NCBI GenBank assembly: GCA_963738405.1
Contig: CAVTWJ010000005.1
Span: forward strand, 46,140-110,139
From: a candidate division FCPU426 bacterium
Lineage (GTDB): Bacteria; Oederibacteriota; Muellerivitia; Muellerivitales; Muellerivitaceae
Direction: 5' to 3'
DNA length: 64,000 nucleotides
In this document: positions 18,096 to 28,485 of the stretch, piece by piece
Layout of the letters: each line of letters begins with the position of its first letter
Numbering within the stretch: the first letter of the stretch is position 1
Notes under the pieces: model-generated
Told to the model about the DNA's origin: nothing
Databases searched by the model: none
The model's input: only the letters and a program-made list of their open reading frames with translations
Program-made: the position numbers and the translations under genes

Positions 18096-19305
18096 TGTGG
18101 CCCCCGAAGCCCAAGGAATTGGAAAGACAACAGTTTAAAGGCCTCACACGCTTCACGTTGGGTATGTAATCCAAATCGCATTCCGGATCAGGAGTCTCGA
18201 GGTTAATGGTCGGCGGCATAACACCTTGACCAATCGCCATGACACAAGCGATATACTCAATTCCGCCAGCGGCCCCCAAAAGATGTCCGGTGGTTGACTT
18301 GGTGGAAGAAATAGAAACCTTTTTTGCGTGTTCCTTGAAAACCGATTTAATGGCCATTGTCTCGAATTTATCGTTATAAGGGGTGGAAGTTCCATGAGCG
18401 TTAATGTAATCAACATCTTGTGGAGAAATACCAGCGTCTTTTAGGGCAAGAGCCATCGACCGGGCAGCCCCGGCACCATCTTCTGCGGGGGTCGTCATAT
18501 GGTAGGCGTCACAGGTCATACCGTAACCCGCCGCTTCAGCGTAAATGCGGGCCCCTCGGCCAAGGGCATGATCAAGCGATTCTAAAACCACGACTCCAGC
18601 CCCTTCACCCATCACAAATCCCGAACGGTTTTTGTCAAAGGGTCGGCTGGCTTTCATGGGATGGTCATTTCCATCCGTGCAAAGGGCGTGCATATTGGAG
18701 AACCCTGCATAACCCAATTCGGTGATACAGGCTTCGGTTCCGCCTGCAACCACAATGTCCGCTTCACCATTTTGAATCCATCTTGTGGCTTCCCCAATCC
18801 CATGGGCGCCGGAGGCGCAGGCTGAAACCGTACCGGTATTGGGGCCTTGGGCTTTAAGGTAAATCGCCACCATTCCAGAGGCCATATTGATGATCATCAT
18901 TGGAATCAAAAAGGGAGAAACCCTGTCCGGGCCCTTTTCCATCAGCCGGGTATGTTGCTCTACCAGAACCGGAAGGCCGCCGATTCCGGACCCAATGAGT
19001 ACTCCCACCCGGGTCCGATCTTCCGTGGATAAATCCAAGCCCGCATCCTTTACCGCCTGGAGAGAGGCCGCCACAGCGTATTGGACAAAATAATCCATTT
19101 TCTTGATGTCTTTTTTTTCAATCCCAAACTGAACGGGGTCAAAGCCCTTTACTTCCCCGCCAATACGGCAAGGAACCCGAGAAGCGTCGAATCGGGTTAA
19201 GGGGGCAATCCCGCTCTTTCCATCGCAAATATTTCTAAAAAAGTCGATGGGATTGTTTCCGTTCGGTGTGATGGCACCCAAGCCGGTCACGACGACACGT
19301 TTCAA
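18061..19305 (-). CDS. fabF: 3-oxoacyl-ACP synthase II
   Basis: RVVVTGLG, SACASG (catalytic Cys), INAHGTST, GHLLGAAG, SNSLGFGGHN. Confidence 0.96.
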   Translation of the reverse strand: MKRVVVTGLGAITPNGNNPIDFFRNICDGKSGIAPLTRFDASRVPCRIGGEVKGFDPVQFGIEKKDIKKMDYFVQYAVAASLQAVKDAGLDLSTEDRTRVGVLIGSGIGGLPVLVEQHTRLMEKGPDRVSPFLIPMMIINMASGMVAIYLKAQGPNTGTVSACASGAHGIGEATRWIQNGEADIVVAGGTEACITELGYAGFSNMHALCTDGNDHPMKASRPFDKNRSGFVMGEGAGVVVLESLDHALGRGARIYAEAAGYGMTCDAYHMTTPAEDGAGAARSMALALKDAGISPQDVDYINAHGTSTPYNDKFETMAIKSVFKEHAKKVSISSTKSTTGHLLGAAGGIEYIACVMAIGQGVMPPTINLETPDPECDLDYIPNVKRVRPLNCCLSNSLGFGGHNVSLVVKKFNS

Positions 19306-19339
19306 GAAATCCTCCTCTTTATCTCAACAACCGTCGAAC

Positions 19340-19576
19340 TTATTCCGAGGCCTTGGACTTGATATAGGTAATTGCGTCGCCAACCGATTTAATCTTCTCG
19401 GCATCTTCATCGGGTATTTCCAAATCAAACTCTTCCTCAAAGGCCATGACGAGTTCAACTGTATCGAGCGAATCAGCTCCCAAATCATCCACAAAAGAAG
19501 CTTCCGGTTTCACCTGCTCCGCTTCTACGCCCAACTGATCAACAATAATCTCTTTCACCTTGTCTTCTAAAGCCAT
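19340..19576 (-). CDS. acpP: Acyl carrier protein
   Basis: [25 protein letters not shown] before ATG 19576. Confidence 0.97.
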   Translation of the reverse strand: MALEDKVKEIIVDQLGVEAEQVKPEASFVDDLGADSLDTVELVMAFEEEFDLEIPDEDAEKIKSVGDAITYIKSKASE

Positions 19577-19654
19577 TGAAACAACCTCCTGATTTGTTAT
19601 CGGCTTTTCGCCGAACGAAAACCACAACCTAACTCTAGCCGAAAATGCAGTTTC

Positions 19655-20395
19655 TTATATCACCATTCCCCCGTCAACGCAAATCACTTGTCCGGTGATG
19701 TATCTCGCACCATCTGAAGCTAAGAAAATGACCGCTTGGGCTACATCATCCGTTTCTCCCAAGCGTCCCAATGGGATTTCTTTGAGAACTGCTTCGGTAG
19801 CCTTTTCATTCAACGCTTGAGTCATCTTTGTTTGAATGTAACCTGGGGCCACGGCATTACAAGTGATGTTTCGGCTTGCGAATTCCCTTGCCGTTGTTTT
19901 TGTCAAACCGATCAACCCCGCTTTGCTTGCGGAATAGTTTGCCTGACCCGCGTTTCCCTTAATTCCAACAACCGAAGTTATATTTATGATTCGTCCCGAT
20001 CGCGCTTTCATCATGGGCTTTATAAATTCTTTCGTCATAAGAAAGGCGCTTTTCAAATTCGTGGAAAGAACCGCGTCCCAATCACTTTCGCTCAAGCGCA
20101 AAACCAGATTGTCGCGCGTAATACCCGCGTTATTAACCAAAACATCGGCCTTCCCAAATGTTTCCAGCACCTTCGCAGCAAAGGCTTCAACTTCAGAAGC
20201 TTGAGATACATCCACCCTCAATGTCAGGGCTTTCACACCGCAAGCCAATAGTTCAGCGTTCGTTTCATCAAGCCCTTCCGGCTTAGAACCACAGATAGCC
20301 ACCGAAGCCCCGGCCCTGGCAAATTCCAATGCGATTGCTTTGCCAATTCCTCGACTACCGCCCGTGACTACCGCGACCTTGTCCTTGAAATTCAT
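19655..20395 (-). CDS. fabG: 3-oxoacyl-ACP reductase
   Basis: TGGSRGIG, NNAGITRD, GQANYSASKAG; located in the fab operon. Confidence 0.96.
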   Translation of the reverse strand: MNFKDKVAVVTGGSRGIGKAIALEFARAGASVAICGSKPEGLDETNAELLACGVKALTLRVDVSQASEVEAFAAKVLETFGKADVLVNNAGITRDNLVLRLSESDWDAVLSTNLKSAFLMTKEFIKPMMKARSGRIINITSVVGIKGNAGQANYSASKAGLIGLTKTTAREFASRNITCNAVAPGYIQTKMTQALNEKATEAVLKEIPLGRLGETDDVAQAVIFLASDGARYITGQVICVDGGMVI

Positions 20396-21321
20396 AATGC
20401 TCCTGTCAAAATTTCAAAAGAAGCGGGATCCCCAACGCTTTGAACCGATGCGTCCTTCAAAATTTTTCCAATCAATCCGTTCAAAACCTTGCCCGGGCCC
20501 AATTCAACGAAATTTTTAATCCCACGGGAAGAAATAGATTCCACAACCCTTATCCACTGAACGGGTTTCAGTAGTTGGCGGACCAGGCTTTCACGAATCG
20601 CAAGCGGATCCTTTATTTCGACCGCGTCAATGTCCGAAATATAAGTAATTTTCGGCTCATGAAATGTCGCCAGCGCTAATGTTTTTTGATACTCATCCGC
20701 CGCAGGTTTCATGAGGCTGCTATGAAAGGGTCCGCTGACCGGTAAAACCATAGCCCGTTTGGCTCCCAGAGCCTTTGCCTTCTCACAGGCTAGAGAAACC
20801 GCCCCTAGATCGCCTGAAATCACAATTTGCCCGGGGCAATTGACATTCGCCGGCTCCACAATTCCTTTTTCCAATGCTTGGACGCAAGCTTCCCGCACCT
20901 TTTCCTCATCCAAACCCAGGATAACCGCCATCGTCCCCCGGCCTTGTCCAGCCGATTCCATCAGTTCCCCACGGCGGCGGACCAATCGAAGGGCGTCCTC
21001 GAAAGACAAAACCTCGGTTTCAACAAGGGCGCTGTAGGCCCCCAAACTGTGGCCCGCAACGGTGTTGGGTCTCAAGCCCGCCTTATGGAGCGCCCTGCTA
21101 ACCGCTACGGAGTGGGTAAGAATCGCGGGTTGAGTATTGGGAGTTTTCTTAAGTTCCTCTTCCGGCCCCTCGAAACAAAGTCCGGAAATAGAAAACCCAA
21201 GGATGGAATCGGCTTGGGCAAACAATTCAGCGCACTCAGGATAGGCATTCGCCAACTCTTTACCCATCCCCACAAATTGGGAGCCCTGGCCTGGAAAGAC
21301 CCACGCGGTTTGGAGCATCAT
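20392..21321 (-). CDS. fabD: Malonyl-CoA:ACP transacylase
   Basis: FPGQGSQ, TQPAI, GHSLG, VSGPFHS, ELGPGKVL. Confidence 0.96.
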   Translation of the reverse strand: MMLQTAWVFPGQGSQFVGMGKELANAYPECAELFAQADSILGFSISGLCFEGPEEELKKTPNTQPAILTHSVAVSRALHKAGLRPNTVAGHSLGAYSALVETEVLSFEDALRLVRRRGELMESAGQGRGTMAVILGLDEEKVREACVQALEKGIVEPANVNCPGQIVISGDLGAVSLACEKAKALGAKRAMVLPVSGPFHSSLMKPAADEYQKTLALATFHEPKITYISDIDAVEIKDPLAIRESLVRQLLKPVQWIRVVESISSRGIKNFVELGPGKVLNGLIGKILKDASVQSVGDPASFEILTGAL

Positions 21322-22313
21322 TACCACCTCACCACGCTGGAAGCGAGGGTAGTTCCAGCTCCAAAAGCCACGAAAACCACGATGTTTCCTTTTTTAATTC
21401 GCCCCTCCCCGACCGCATGATCAAGGGCAATCGCCACGGAGGCCGCAGAGGTATTTCCAACCTTCTCGATATTGACAAAAAATTTTTCTTCGGGCAATCC
21501 CAACCGTTCGGCGATGGCTTGAATAATCCTAAGGTTTGCCTGATGGGGAATAATAATATCCGCCTGAGTCAGGGTAAGACCGGCTCTTTTGAGACCCTCC
21601 AGAACGGCGTCCGCCATCACCTTCACCGCGATTTTGAAAACTTCCCGGCCCTGCATCTTGAGCGTGTGGAGTTTATCCTTAACCGAGCTTTCGCTGGAGG
21701 GAAGACGGCATCCCCCGGCTGGAATTTTCAAAAGATCCGCCTCAAGGCCGTTTGCGCTCATAAAAGTGGAGAGGATTTCTTTTTCACCCTCGCCCACTTC
21801 GCCCAAAATCACAGCCCCTGCCCCGTCCCCAAAAAGCATACAGGAACCTCGGTCGGTCCAATCGATAAAAGCCGTCAATTTTTCTCCACCCACAAGGAGT
21901 ATTTTTTTAAACTGCCCGGACTGAACAAGGGCCTTGGCGACCGATATTCCGTAAACAAAACCTGAACAGGCCGCCGAAATATCAAAAGCCGCTGCGCGGG
22001 AAGCACCAAGTTTCGCCTGAACAAAACAAGCGGTTGCCGGAGTAGGCATATCCGGAGAAATGGTCGCTACCATAATGAGATCCAAGTCCGCCGGAGAAAG
22101 TTTAGCCGCTTCCAAGGCCTTTTTGCCGGCTTCAACCGCCAGATCGGAGGTGAACTGATCGGGCCTCGCCATGCGTCTTTCCTTGATGCCCGTTCGCGTT
22201 ATGATCCATTCATCGGTGGTTTCAACCAAATTCTCGATATCTTTATTGGTGATGACTTTTTCGGGAATATAGGACCCAGTTCCTAAGATGCCAATCCGGC
22301 TCAATTCGCTCAC
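21321..22313 (-). CDS. fabH: 3-oxoacyl-ACP synthase III
   Basis: AACSGF, FGDGAGA, PHQAN.RI, GNTSAAS. Confidence 0.96.
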   Translation of the reverse strand: MSELSRIGILGTGSYIPEKVITNKDIENLVETTDEWIITRTGIKERRMARPDQFTSDLAVEAGKKALEAAKLSPADLDLIMVATISPDMPTPATACFVQAKLGASRAAAFDISAACSGFVYGISVAKALVQSGQFKKILLVGGEKLTAFIDWTDRGSCMLFGDGAGAVILGEVGEGEKEILSTFMSANGLEADLLKIPAGGCRLPSSESSVKDKLHTLKMQGREVFKIAVKVMADAVLEGLKRAGLTLTQADIIIPHQANLRIIQAIAERLGLPEEKFFVNIEKVGNTSAASVAIALDHAVGEGRIKKGNIVVFVAFGAGTTLASSVVRW

Positions 22314-23374
22314 GTTGTTTCTCCCTGGGGCTTTACGTCCAGCTTGTCGTTCACTTGGCCAAATTGAATAATTTGTTCTTTCAAAACCTGGTTCATATTG
22401 CGATTAAGGCATTTTAAGGTGGCTCGGATGGCGTTTTTCATGGTCACGGCGTTGGATTTTCCATGACTTATAAGGCTGAGCCCGTCGATTCCCAGCAAAG
22501 GCGCACCGCCATACTCTTTATAATCCACACTTCGCTTGAAGCGTCGGAAGGCAGGACCGGCCAGAATCCCCCCTAAAAGCGTAAAGAGATTAGAGCGCAT
22601 TTCTTTTTTCAACAAGGTAAACACAAGTTCCCCGACGCCTTCAATGGCTTTTAAGGTCACATTTCCGACAAAACCATCACAAACCGTAACATCGCAGTTT
22701 CCATTGACGATGTCGCGCCCTTCAATATTACCGATATAGTTCAACGGCACTTTTTTAAGGAGGGCTTGGGTTCCGAACACCAATTCATTGCCCTTGGTTT
22801 CTTCCTCGCCGATGGAAAGAAGGCCAACGCGCGGTTCCTTGAAATTCAAAACCGTACGGGCAAAAACATCACCCATGAGGGCAAATTGAAGAAGGTGTTT
22901 GGCTTTGCAATCCACGTTAGCGCCCGCGTCCACTAAAACGGAAACGCCATTGACGCTAGGAACCATGGTCACAATAGCTGGCCGATAAACCCCATCCAGA
23001 CGGCCGCAAGTCATCAGCGCCGAGGCCATGGTGGCTCCCGAATTGCCAGCCGAGCAACAGGCATCCACTTCTTTTCGCTTTACTAGCTCGTGGCATCGAA
23101 CAATCGAGGAATCTCTTTTTTGTTTGCAGGCCTGGGCGGGACTTTCATGCATTTCAACGACTTCACGGGCGTCAACGATGGAGATGGAGGATTTGGGGTA
23201 ATCACCAGCTGTGGAAAGTACCTTTTCGATCTCTTCTTTTTTTCCGACCAATACCACTTGAAGATCGTGTTTGGCCATTTCCATGACTTCAGCGTCTTTG
23301 ACGGCCATCACCGCACCCAGCACGATTTCTCGCGGGGCGTGATCACCTCCCATGGCATCAAGGGCGATTTTCAT
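22310..23374 (-). CDS. plsX: Phosphate acyltransferase PlsX
   Basis: IALDAMGGDHAP, SAGNSGA, DAGANVD, CDGFVGNV, YGGAPLLG. Confidence 0.97.
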   Translation of the reverse strand: MKIALDAMGGDHAPREIVLGAVMAVKDAEVMEMAKHDLQVVLVGKKEEIEKVLSTAGDYPKSSISIVDAREVVEMHESPAQACKQKRDSSIVRCHELVKRKEVDACCSAGNSGATMASALMTCGRLDGVYRPAIVTMVPSVNGVSVLVDAGANVDCKAKHLLQFALMGDVFARTVLNFKEPRVGLLSIGEEETKGNELVFGTQALLKKVPLNYIGNIEGRDIVNGNCDVTVCDGFVGNVTLKAIEGVGELVFTLLKKEMRSNLFTLLGGILAGPAFRRFKRSVDYKEYGGAPLLGIDGLSLISHGKSNAVTMKNAIRATLKCLNRNMNQVLKEQIIQFGQVNDKLDVKPQGETT

Positions 23375-23389
23375 GAAAGAGGAATCAAC

Positions 23390-23572
23390 TCAGGCGATAT
23401 CGACGGTGACGACTTCTTTTCCCTTGTAGTAGCCGCAATTAGGGCAAACGCGGTGGGGCAGCTTCGCGCTCTTGCATTGCGGACACACCGAAAGGGATTT
23501 CGTCTTGATCTTCCAATTAGTACGGCGTTTATCGCGGCGCTGGCGGGAATGCCGCCGTTTTGGGTTAGCCAT
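23390..23572 (-). CDS. rpmF: 50S ribosomal protein L32 (zinc-ribbon type)
   Basis: MANPKRRHSRQRRDKRR, CPQC...HRVCPNCGYY. Confidence 0.97.
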   Translation of the reverse strand: MANPKRRHSRQRRDKRRTNWKIKTKSLSVCPQCKSAKLPHRVCPNCGYYKGKEVVTVDIA

Positions 23573-23641
23573 CACATCCTCCGAATCAATGTCAGGCGGG
23601 CAAAGCCCGCTTCCCGCTTCGCCCTTAGAGTTTAAAGGGCT

Positions 23642-24166
23642 TTAAGATTTCCAATTTTTAAGGGCATCCCACCGTGCATCGGGGGGAGGTCCTGAACATT
23701 TACATGTTTCTTTATTTAAATCACACCCACAATGACCACAAAGTCCCAGGCAATCCTCCCGGCATAGGGAACGCATGGGTACGGACAATATAACTGTCTG
23801 CCGTATCTGATCCCCAATATCCAGGATTTCACCGTCGAAATAAACGGTTTCCATCTCGCCAGGATTAAGGGCTTTTTCCGGTTCCTCACCCTGAACAGCC
23901 TCAGCGATTGGCCGGTAATGAACCTCAAAAAAAGACTTATATTCTTCTTCAAACCCTTTGAGACACCGATCACAAATCAACTTTAGCTTGCCTGAGACCC
24001 AACCCTTGGCCGATATTTGGCCGCCACCTTTTGATACCTGGCAAAATATTTCGCAGGGTGAAGCGATGAGACCCGGGTCCAGGTCAATGCCTAGTGATGA
24101 GACCAAGCCTTTTTCATGGATTACAGCGTCTTCCCTATCAAGGGCGCGCAACTCAACCGTCAGCAT
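23642..24166 (-). CDS. yceD: YceD/DUF177 family protein
   Basis: CDRCL, LCREDCLGLCGHCG, D.RW.AL; upstream of rpmF. Confidence 0.92.
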   Translation of the reverse strand: MLTVELRALDREDAVIHEKGLVSSLGIDLDPGLIASPCEIFCQVSKGGGQISAKGWVSGKLKLICDRCLKGFEEEYKSFFEVHYRPIAEAVQGEEPEKALNPGEMETVYFDGEILDIGDQIRQTVILSVPMRSLCREDCLGLCGHCGCDLNKETCKCSGPPPDARWDALKNWKS

Positions 24167-24262
24167 CTACCGCGCTCCTCCCCAAAATGCCCCTTCCCAA
24201 AGCTTAAGAGCGCTTAAAGCTCAATCCAAATGGGGTGAAAAGGCTGATAAAAGCAAAGGGGG

Positions 24263-24292
24263 ATTATAAAAATCTGTCTCTTTCAGTGTCAA
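24263..24292 (-). promoter_or_regulatory. Consensus sigma70 promoter for yceD-rpmF-plsX-fab operon
   Basis: TTGACA (24292-24287), 18 bp, TATAAT (24268-24263). Confidence 0.75.
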
Positions 24293-24353
24293 GAAAATAG
24301 CAGAACTTTCAGGCATCTCAAAGGCAGATTTCCCCTTTGGATTTGCCAAGAAA

Positions 24354-24869
24354 TCACCTCATGCCGTTTCGTTCACGAAGAGCCTTCTGGACTACCGGAG
24401 ACACAAAACCGCTGACATCTCCACCCAATTTCGCCACTTCTTTGATGGAACTGGAGGAAACGAAAATAAATTTCTCGTTCGGGACTAAAAAAACCACCTC
24501 AATGTTGGGATTAAGGGTTCGATTAATAAGCGCCATTTGGAACTCAAACTCAAAATCTGAAACAGCTCGCAACCCTCTGAAAATGATCCCGGCTTGAATT
24601 TCCCTGGCGTAATCCACCAACAACCCTGTAAAGGAGGAAATGATGACTTTGGGAAAGTGCTCTGTCGTCTTCTCCAAAAGCTCCACCCTTTTTTCAATCG
24701 AAAAAAAGGCGCTTTTGGAGGGGTTGGCTACCACCGCGATATGCAGTTCGTCGCAAAGTTTCAAGGCCCGGCTCGCGATATCCAAGTGGCCGTTCGTGAC
24801 AGGATCAAACGATCCCGGATATAAACCCACGACCCTTTGGGGAGCCGTTTTTTTTGCCGCTGGCGTCAT
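24354..24869 (-). CDS. coaD: Phosphopantetheine adenylyltransferase
   Basis: YPGSFDPVTNGH, RGLRAVSDFEFE, VSSS..KEVA. Confidence 0.97.
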   Translation of the reverse strand: MTPAAKKTAPQRVVGLYPGSFDPVTNGHLDIASRALKLCDELHIAVVANPSKSAFFSIEKRVELLEKTTEHFPKVIISSFTGLLVDYAREIQAGIIFRGLRAVSDFEFEFQMALINRTLNPNIEVVFLVPNEKFIFVSSSSIKEVAKLGGDVSGFVSPVVQKALRERNGMR

Positions 24870-25444
24870 TTCCCCGCTCCGGATTCGTTATGAAACAGGC
24901 TCAACATGGTATCTCCATACTTTTTCTGGCGGACTAAAGCATAAGGAAATTCAGGGTCAAAGTCGATGTCCTTGGACTCGTGCTCAATGGAAAAGAGACC
25001 TCCGGGAACCAGGATAGGATAGGTTTTCAGCATTTTTTGAACCTTTTGGGCTACTCCCTGCTCATAGGGAGGGTCCGCTAACACTACCTCAAATTGGCTT
25101 CCCCTTTGGTGGAGAAAAAAGAAGGCTTTCGAAACCTCCATCGTCAGTAGTTGAATACCCGACCCCTGGGCTTTGGCGTCCAGCCCCAGCGCACTAAGGT
25201 TTTCCTGGATTAATTTGACGCTGTCGAAAGATTTGTCCACAAAGACCACTTCCGAGGCTCCTCGACTCAACGCCTCAATCCCCAGGTTTCCTGTCCCCGC
25301 GAAAAAATCAACGACCCGGCATCCCTCCAGGGAACCGAGCATGTTGAAAAGCGCGCCCTTCACCTTGTCTGAAGTGGGCCGGATCTTCTCGTGGGAGGGG
25401 GCCTTGACGGCTCGACTCCGATATTTTCCAGCGATGATTCTCAC
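24866..25444 (-). CDS. rsmD: 16S rRNA m2G966 methyltransferase
   Basis: MRIIAGK, RPTSDKVK, DFFAGTG.LGIEALSRG, DPPY. Confidence 0.95.
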   Translation of the reverse strand: MRIIAGKYRSRAVKAPSHEKIRPTSDKVKGALFNMLGSLEGCRVVDFFAGTGNLGIEALSRGASEVVFVDKSFDSVKLIQENLSALGLDAKAQGSGIQLLTMEVSKAFFFLHQRGSQFEVVLADPPYEQGVAQKVQKMLKTYPILVPGGLFSIEHESKDIDFDPEFPYALVRQKKYGDTMLSLFHNESGAGK

Positions 25445-25530
25445 AATCCCACTCTTTCATAGTAAAAATCTTTGCAAGCGAAAGTCTCGTCCTTCCCTTT
25501 CAGTTTAAACTGAATCAATCCATGTCTTCT

Positions 25531-27900
25531 CTAGGATATTTGGGCCAGATCCAACAGCTCCCGATAACGAACCTCCAGTTTTTCACGCAAAAAAGTTTGG
25601 GTGGGCTTTTCAAGCCGGGGATCCTCCGCAAGGATACTTTCCGCCTTTTGGCGGGCCTGATCGACTAAATCCCCATCCCTTTTTAGATCGATCAAGCCTC
25701 CCTCCCGACGGCCTGACTGGGCCAAACCGAAAATATCCCCCGGCCCCCTCATCTTCAAGTCCATTTCCGAAAGCTTGAACCCGTCCAGGGTGGAAACCAT
25801 GGTTTTCATGCGAAGAATCGCATCCGAGGAAATGACGGGGGAGGTTAGAAGGTAACAATAAGAAGCTTGCTCGCCCCTCCCCACCCGGCCCCGCAGTTGG
25901 TGCAATTGGGCCAAACCGAAACGCTCGGCGTGTTCCACCACCATCACTGTGGCGTTGGCGATATCCAGCCCCACCTCCACAACCGTGGTCGAAACCAGTA
26001 TCTGAATCCCCTTCTCCAAAAACTTACCCATCACCTCGTCTTTTTCCTCTTTTTTCATCCGGCCGTGCAAGAGGCCCAATTTGAACCCATGAAAGGTCTC
26101 GCGCCTGAAGAATTCATACATCTGGGTGGCTGATTTGAGAAAATTTTTAGATTCCTCCACCACGGGGTAAACAATGAAAGCCTGCTCTCCCTTTAAGACC
26201 CTTTCCCTCACCTTCTGATAAACCTCGTTTTTCTGGGACTCCATACGCCAGAAAGTCTGTATCGGCTTACGGCCCTTCGGGAACTCATCCAAAAGAGAAA
26301 GATCCGTGTCCCCGTATTCGGTCAAAACCAGCGCCCGGGGAAAGGGCGTGGCAGTCATCATCAGCGCGTCGGGCCATCGGCCCTTCTCCTCCAGCCCCGC
26401 CCGCTGTAATACACCGAACTTATGCCGCTCATCGATCACCATAAACCCCAGATTGGAAAACTGAACCTTTTTCTCCAAGAGGGCGTGAGTGCCCACTGCC
26501 ACGTCCGCCCCACCCTTTCGAAGCGCCTCCAGTACCGTCCTTTTTTCCCCGGCTTTCATGTCGCTGGTTAAAAGCACGGTCCGCAGACCCTCCGACCGGA
26601 GAATCTTTTCAAGAAAACGAAAATGTTGCTGGGCCAATATTTCGGTCGGAGCCATTAGGGCGCTTTGAACGCCCGAGTCGGCGGCGTAGAGAAACGAAAT
26701 GGCAGCCACTAGGGTTTTACCGCTACCCACATCCCCCTGCAAAAGCCGGTTCATGGGAAAGGGTTGGGCCAAGTCTTCCCGAATTTCCTTGAGGACTCTC
26801 TTCTGCGCCGTCGTCAGCTGGTAAGGAATGGTTTTTCGAAAGGCCTTCACCCGGGGGCCGTCCAATTGATAGGCCCTTCCCTTCTGCCGCCGTTCAATTT
26901 CCCGGCGCTTCAACAAGAGATAGGTTTGAAGGGTCAGGAACTCTTCAAAAGCCAGGCTTTGGCGGCCCTGTTCAAAATCCTCTAGACTCTTCGGCCGATG
27001 GAGCTGTTGAAGGGACTGGCGCAAGGGAACGCCTTCCGACGTCAGGGCCTGGTCCAAAAAATCCGCCCCCAATTCAAAAACCTTTTCCATCAGGGTCCGC
27101 CAAAAACTTTGGTCCAGGGTGGGGGTCGAGGGATAAAACACCAGTGGCTTCCCCTCCCGCAGGGACTTTACTTCTCCCTCATCCAGAAACTCATGGGTCC
27201 CAGCCCGACCCACAATTTGCCTTCCCCAGGGGGTCACCTGGGCCTTGTCGTGCAGAAGAACCCAGCGGCCGTTCTCGATTTCCTTTTTAAGATAAGGCCT
27301 ATTAAACCAAACCCAAGTCAGCCGGCCCGAAGCATCTTGTAGATTCACCTTCAGGACTTCCTGTTTGCCCTTACGGGATTGCGAAATCCCGTTGATTTGG
27401 GCCAGAAAAAAAGCCGCTTCCTCAGCCGTTCCCTTCGCCAAAGGAACTAGAAGAGTGTGGTCGACAGCCCATTTGGGCGTGAAATAAAACAGATCTTCCA
27501 TCGTCTTGAGACCCAACAAACGAAAGGCCCTCTGCTTGGAAGCGGGAATCAGGTCCTGGAGCGGGAGTGTCGGGTGCCGGGTTGGCGCAGGCATCGCTTT
27601 TAACGACTTTATCTTCTCCAGCCACTCGGGCAGATCCCGAAGGGCGTTTTGAACCAGTCTTTGTCTCTGGTTTTTTTCCAACGAAAGATATTTTGAAAAA
27701 TCACTAGAAAGGGCCGAAAGCCCTTCGCCGATCTCAGGCATTTGCTTGAACAGGGGGCCGTTTTCCATCATCCAACGGTCGATGGCCTCCATCAGGAACT
27801 TATCTGCCCCTCCCACCACCGACCGGTTGGTGAAACCCTGACGTTCCTCCAGTTTTAAGGGGTGAATCCATTTCAGGAAGGGATGAAGCGGTGCAGGCAT
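25531..27900 (-). CDS. recG: ATP-dependent DNA helicase RecG
   Basis: RLLQGDVGSGKT, APTEILA.QH, VGTHAL, DERH (motif II), MTATP, QLHQLRGRVGRG, DL.MRGPG. Confidence 0.95.
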   Translation of the reverse strand: MPAPLHPFLKWIHPLKLEERQGFTNRSVVGGADKFLMEAIDRWMMENGPLFKQMPEIGEGLSALSSDFSKYLSLEKNQRQRLVQNALRDLPEWLEKIKSLKAMPAPTRHPTLPLQDLIPASKQRAFRLLGLKTMEDLFYFTPKWAVDHTLLVPLAKGTAEEAAFFLAQINGISQSRKGKQEVLKVNLQDASGRLTWVWFNRPYLKKEIENGRWVLLHDKAQVTPWGRQIVGRAGTHEFLDEGEVKSLREGKPLVFYPSTPTLDQSFWRTLMEKVFELGADFLDQALTSEGVPLRQSLQQLHRPKSLEDFEQGRQSLAFEEFLTLQTYLLLKRREIERRQKGRAYQLDGPRVKAFRKTIPYQLTTAQKRVLKEIREDLAQPFPMNRLLQGDVGSGKTLVAAISFLYAADSGVQSALMAPTEILAQQHFRFLEKILRSEGLRTVLLTSDMKAGEKRTVLEALRKGGADVAVGTHALLEKKVQFSNLGFMVIDERHKFGVLQRAGLEEKGRWPDALMMTATPFPRALVLTEYGDTDLSLLDEFPKGRKPIQTFWRMESQKNEVYQKVRERVLKGEQAFIVYPVVEESKNFLKSATQMYEFFRRETFHGFKLGLLHGRMKKEEKDEVMGKFLEKGIQILVSTTVVEVGLDIANATVMVVEHAERFGLAQLHQLRGRVGRGEQASYCYLLTSPVISSDAILRMKTMVSTLDGFKLSEMDLKMRGPGDIFGLAQSGRREGGLIDLKRDGDLVDQARQKAESILAEDPRLEKPTQTFLREKLEVRYRELLDLAQIS

Positions 27901-28130
27901 GGTTCCTCTTATGGCTAATAACAGCTAGACCCATAACAATAAGTCCGAAACAAAGGTAAAACCCCAAAAAAACTTGTTATTCTTGAAAATCTTTGCTTAT
28001 AATGCGCGTTCTTGGTTGGACCCCCAAAGCAGTTCCATTCCGCTTTTGATGTCCCGCCGAATCGAGATTCCTAGGAATCCAAAGGCCCTTTTCGAAAGGG
28101 TCAACCGTTATGGACGAGGAGAAGGTCACA

Positions 28131-28424
28131 ATGGCTCAGGTTTGCGACATTTGCAGCAAGGGACCGATCAAGGCCCGCAAAATCACCCGCCGTGGTAAAT
28201 CGAAAAAGTCGGGCGGGATCGGACTCAACATTACCGGTATCGCTTTGCGCCGCCAAATGCCCAATTTGCAGTCCATCCGGGCCGTCATCAACGGGAAACC
28301 CCAGCGTGTCTTGGTTTGCACCCGCTGCCTGCGGACGGGCAAGGTTCAAAAGAGGCAGGCCGTTCCAAAGGTTAAAACAGCGCCTGTTGCCGCTCCGGCC
28401 GCAACTGCTCCGGTTACCGCTTAA
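28131..28424 (+). CDS. rpmB: 50S ribosomal protein L28 (long, Zn-binding type) with Ala/Pro tail
   Basis: CDICSK...RRGKSKKSGGIG...RRQMPNLQ...VCTRCLR; divergent from recG. Confidence 0.93.
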   Translation: MAQVCDICSKGPIKARKITRRGKSKKSGGIGLNITGIALRRQMPNLQSIRAVINGKPQRVLVCTRCLRTGKVQKRQAVPKVKTAPVAAPAATAPVTA

Positions 28425-28443
28425 ACAATTCAGTTTCATCATA

Positions 28444-28484
28444 AAAGCCGTTTCTTCCCTTCTGGGAAAGTAGCGGCTTTTTTA
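28444..28484. terminator. Intrinsic terminator between convergent rpmB and lipoprotein gene
   Basis: AAAGCCG...CGGCTTT stem followed by a T run. Confidence 0.6.
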
Positions 28485-28485
28485 T

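Noticed and set aside
23596..23640. Two small hairpins between yceD and rpmF
   Set aside because: Short stems with no U-tract and no recognisable family; cannot be told from chance without comparative data.
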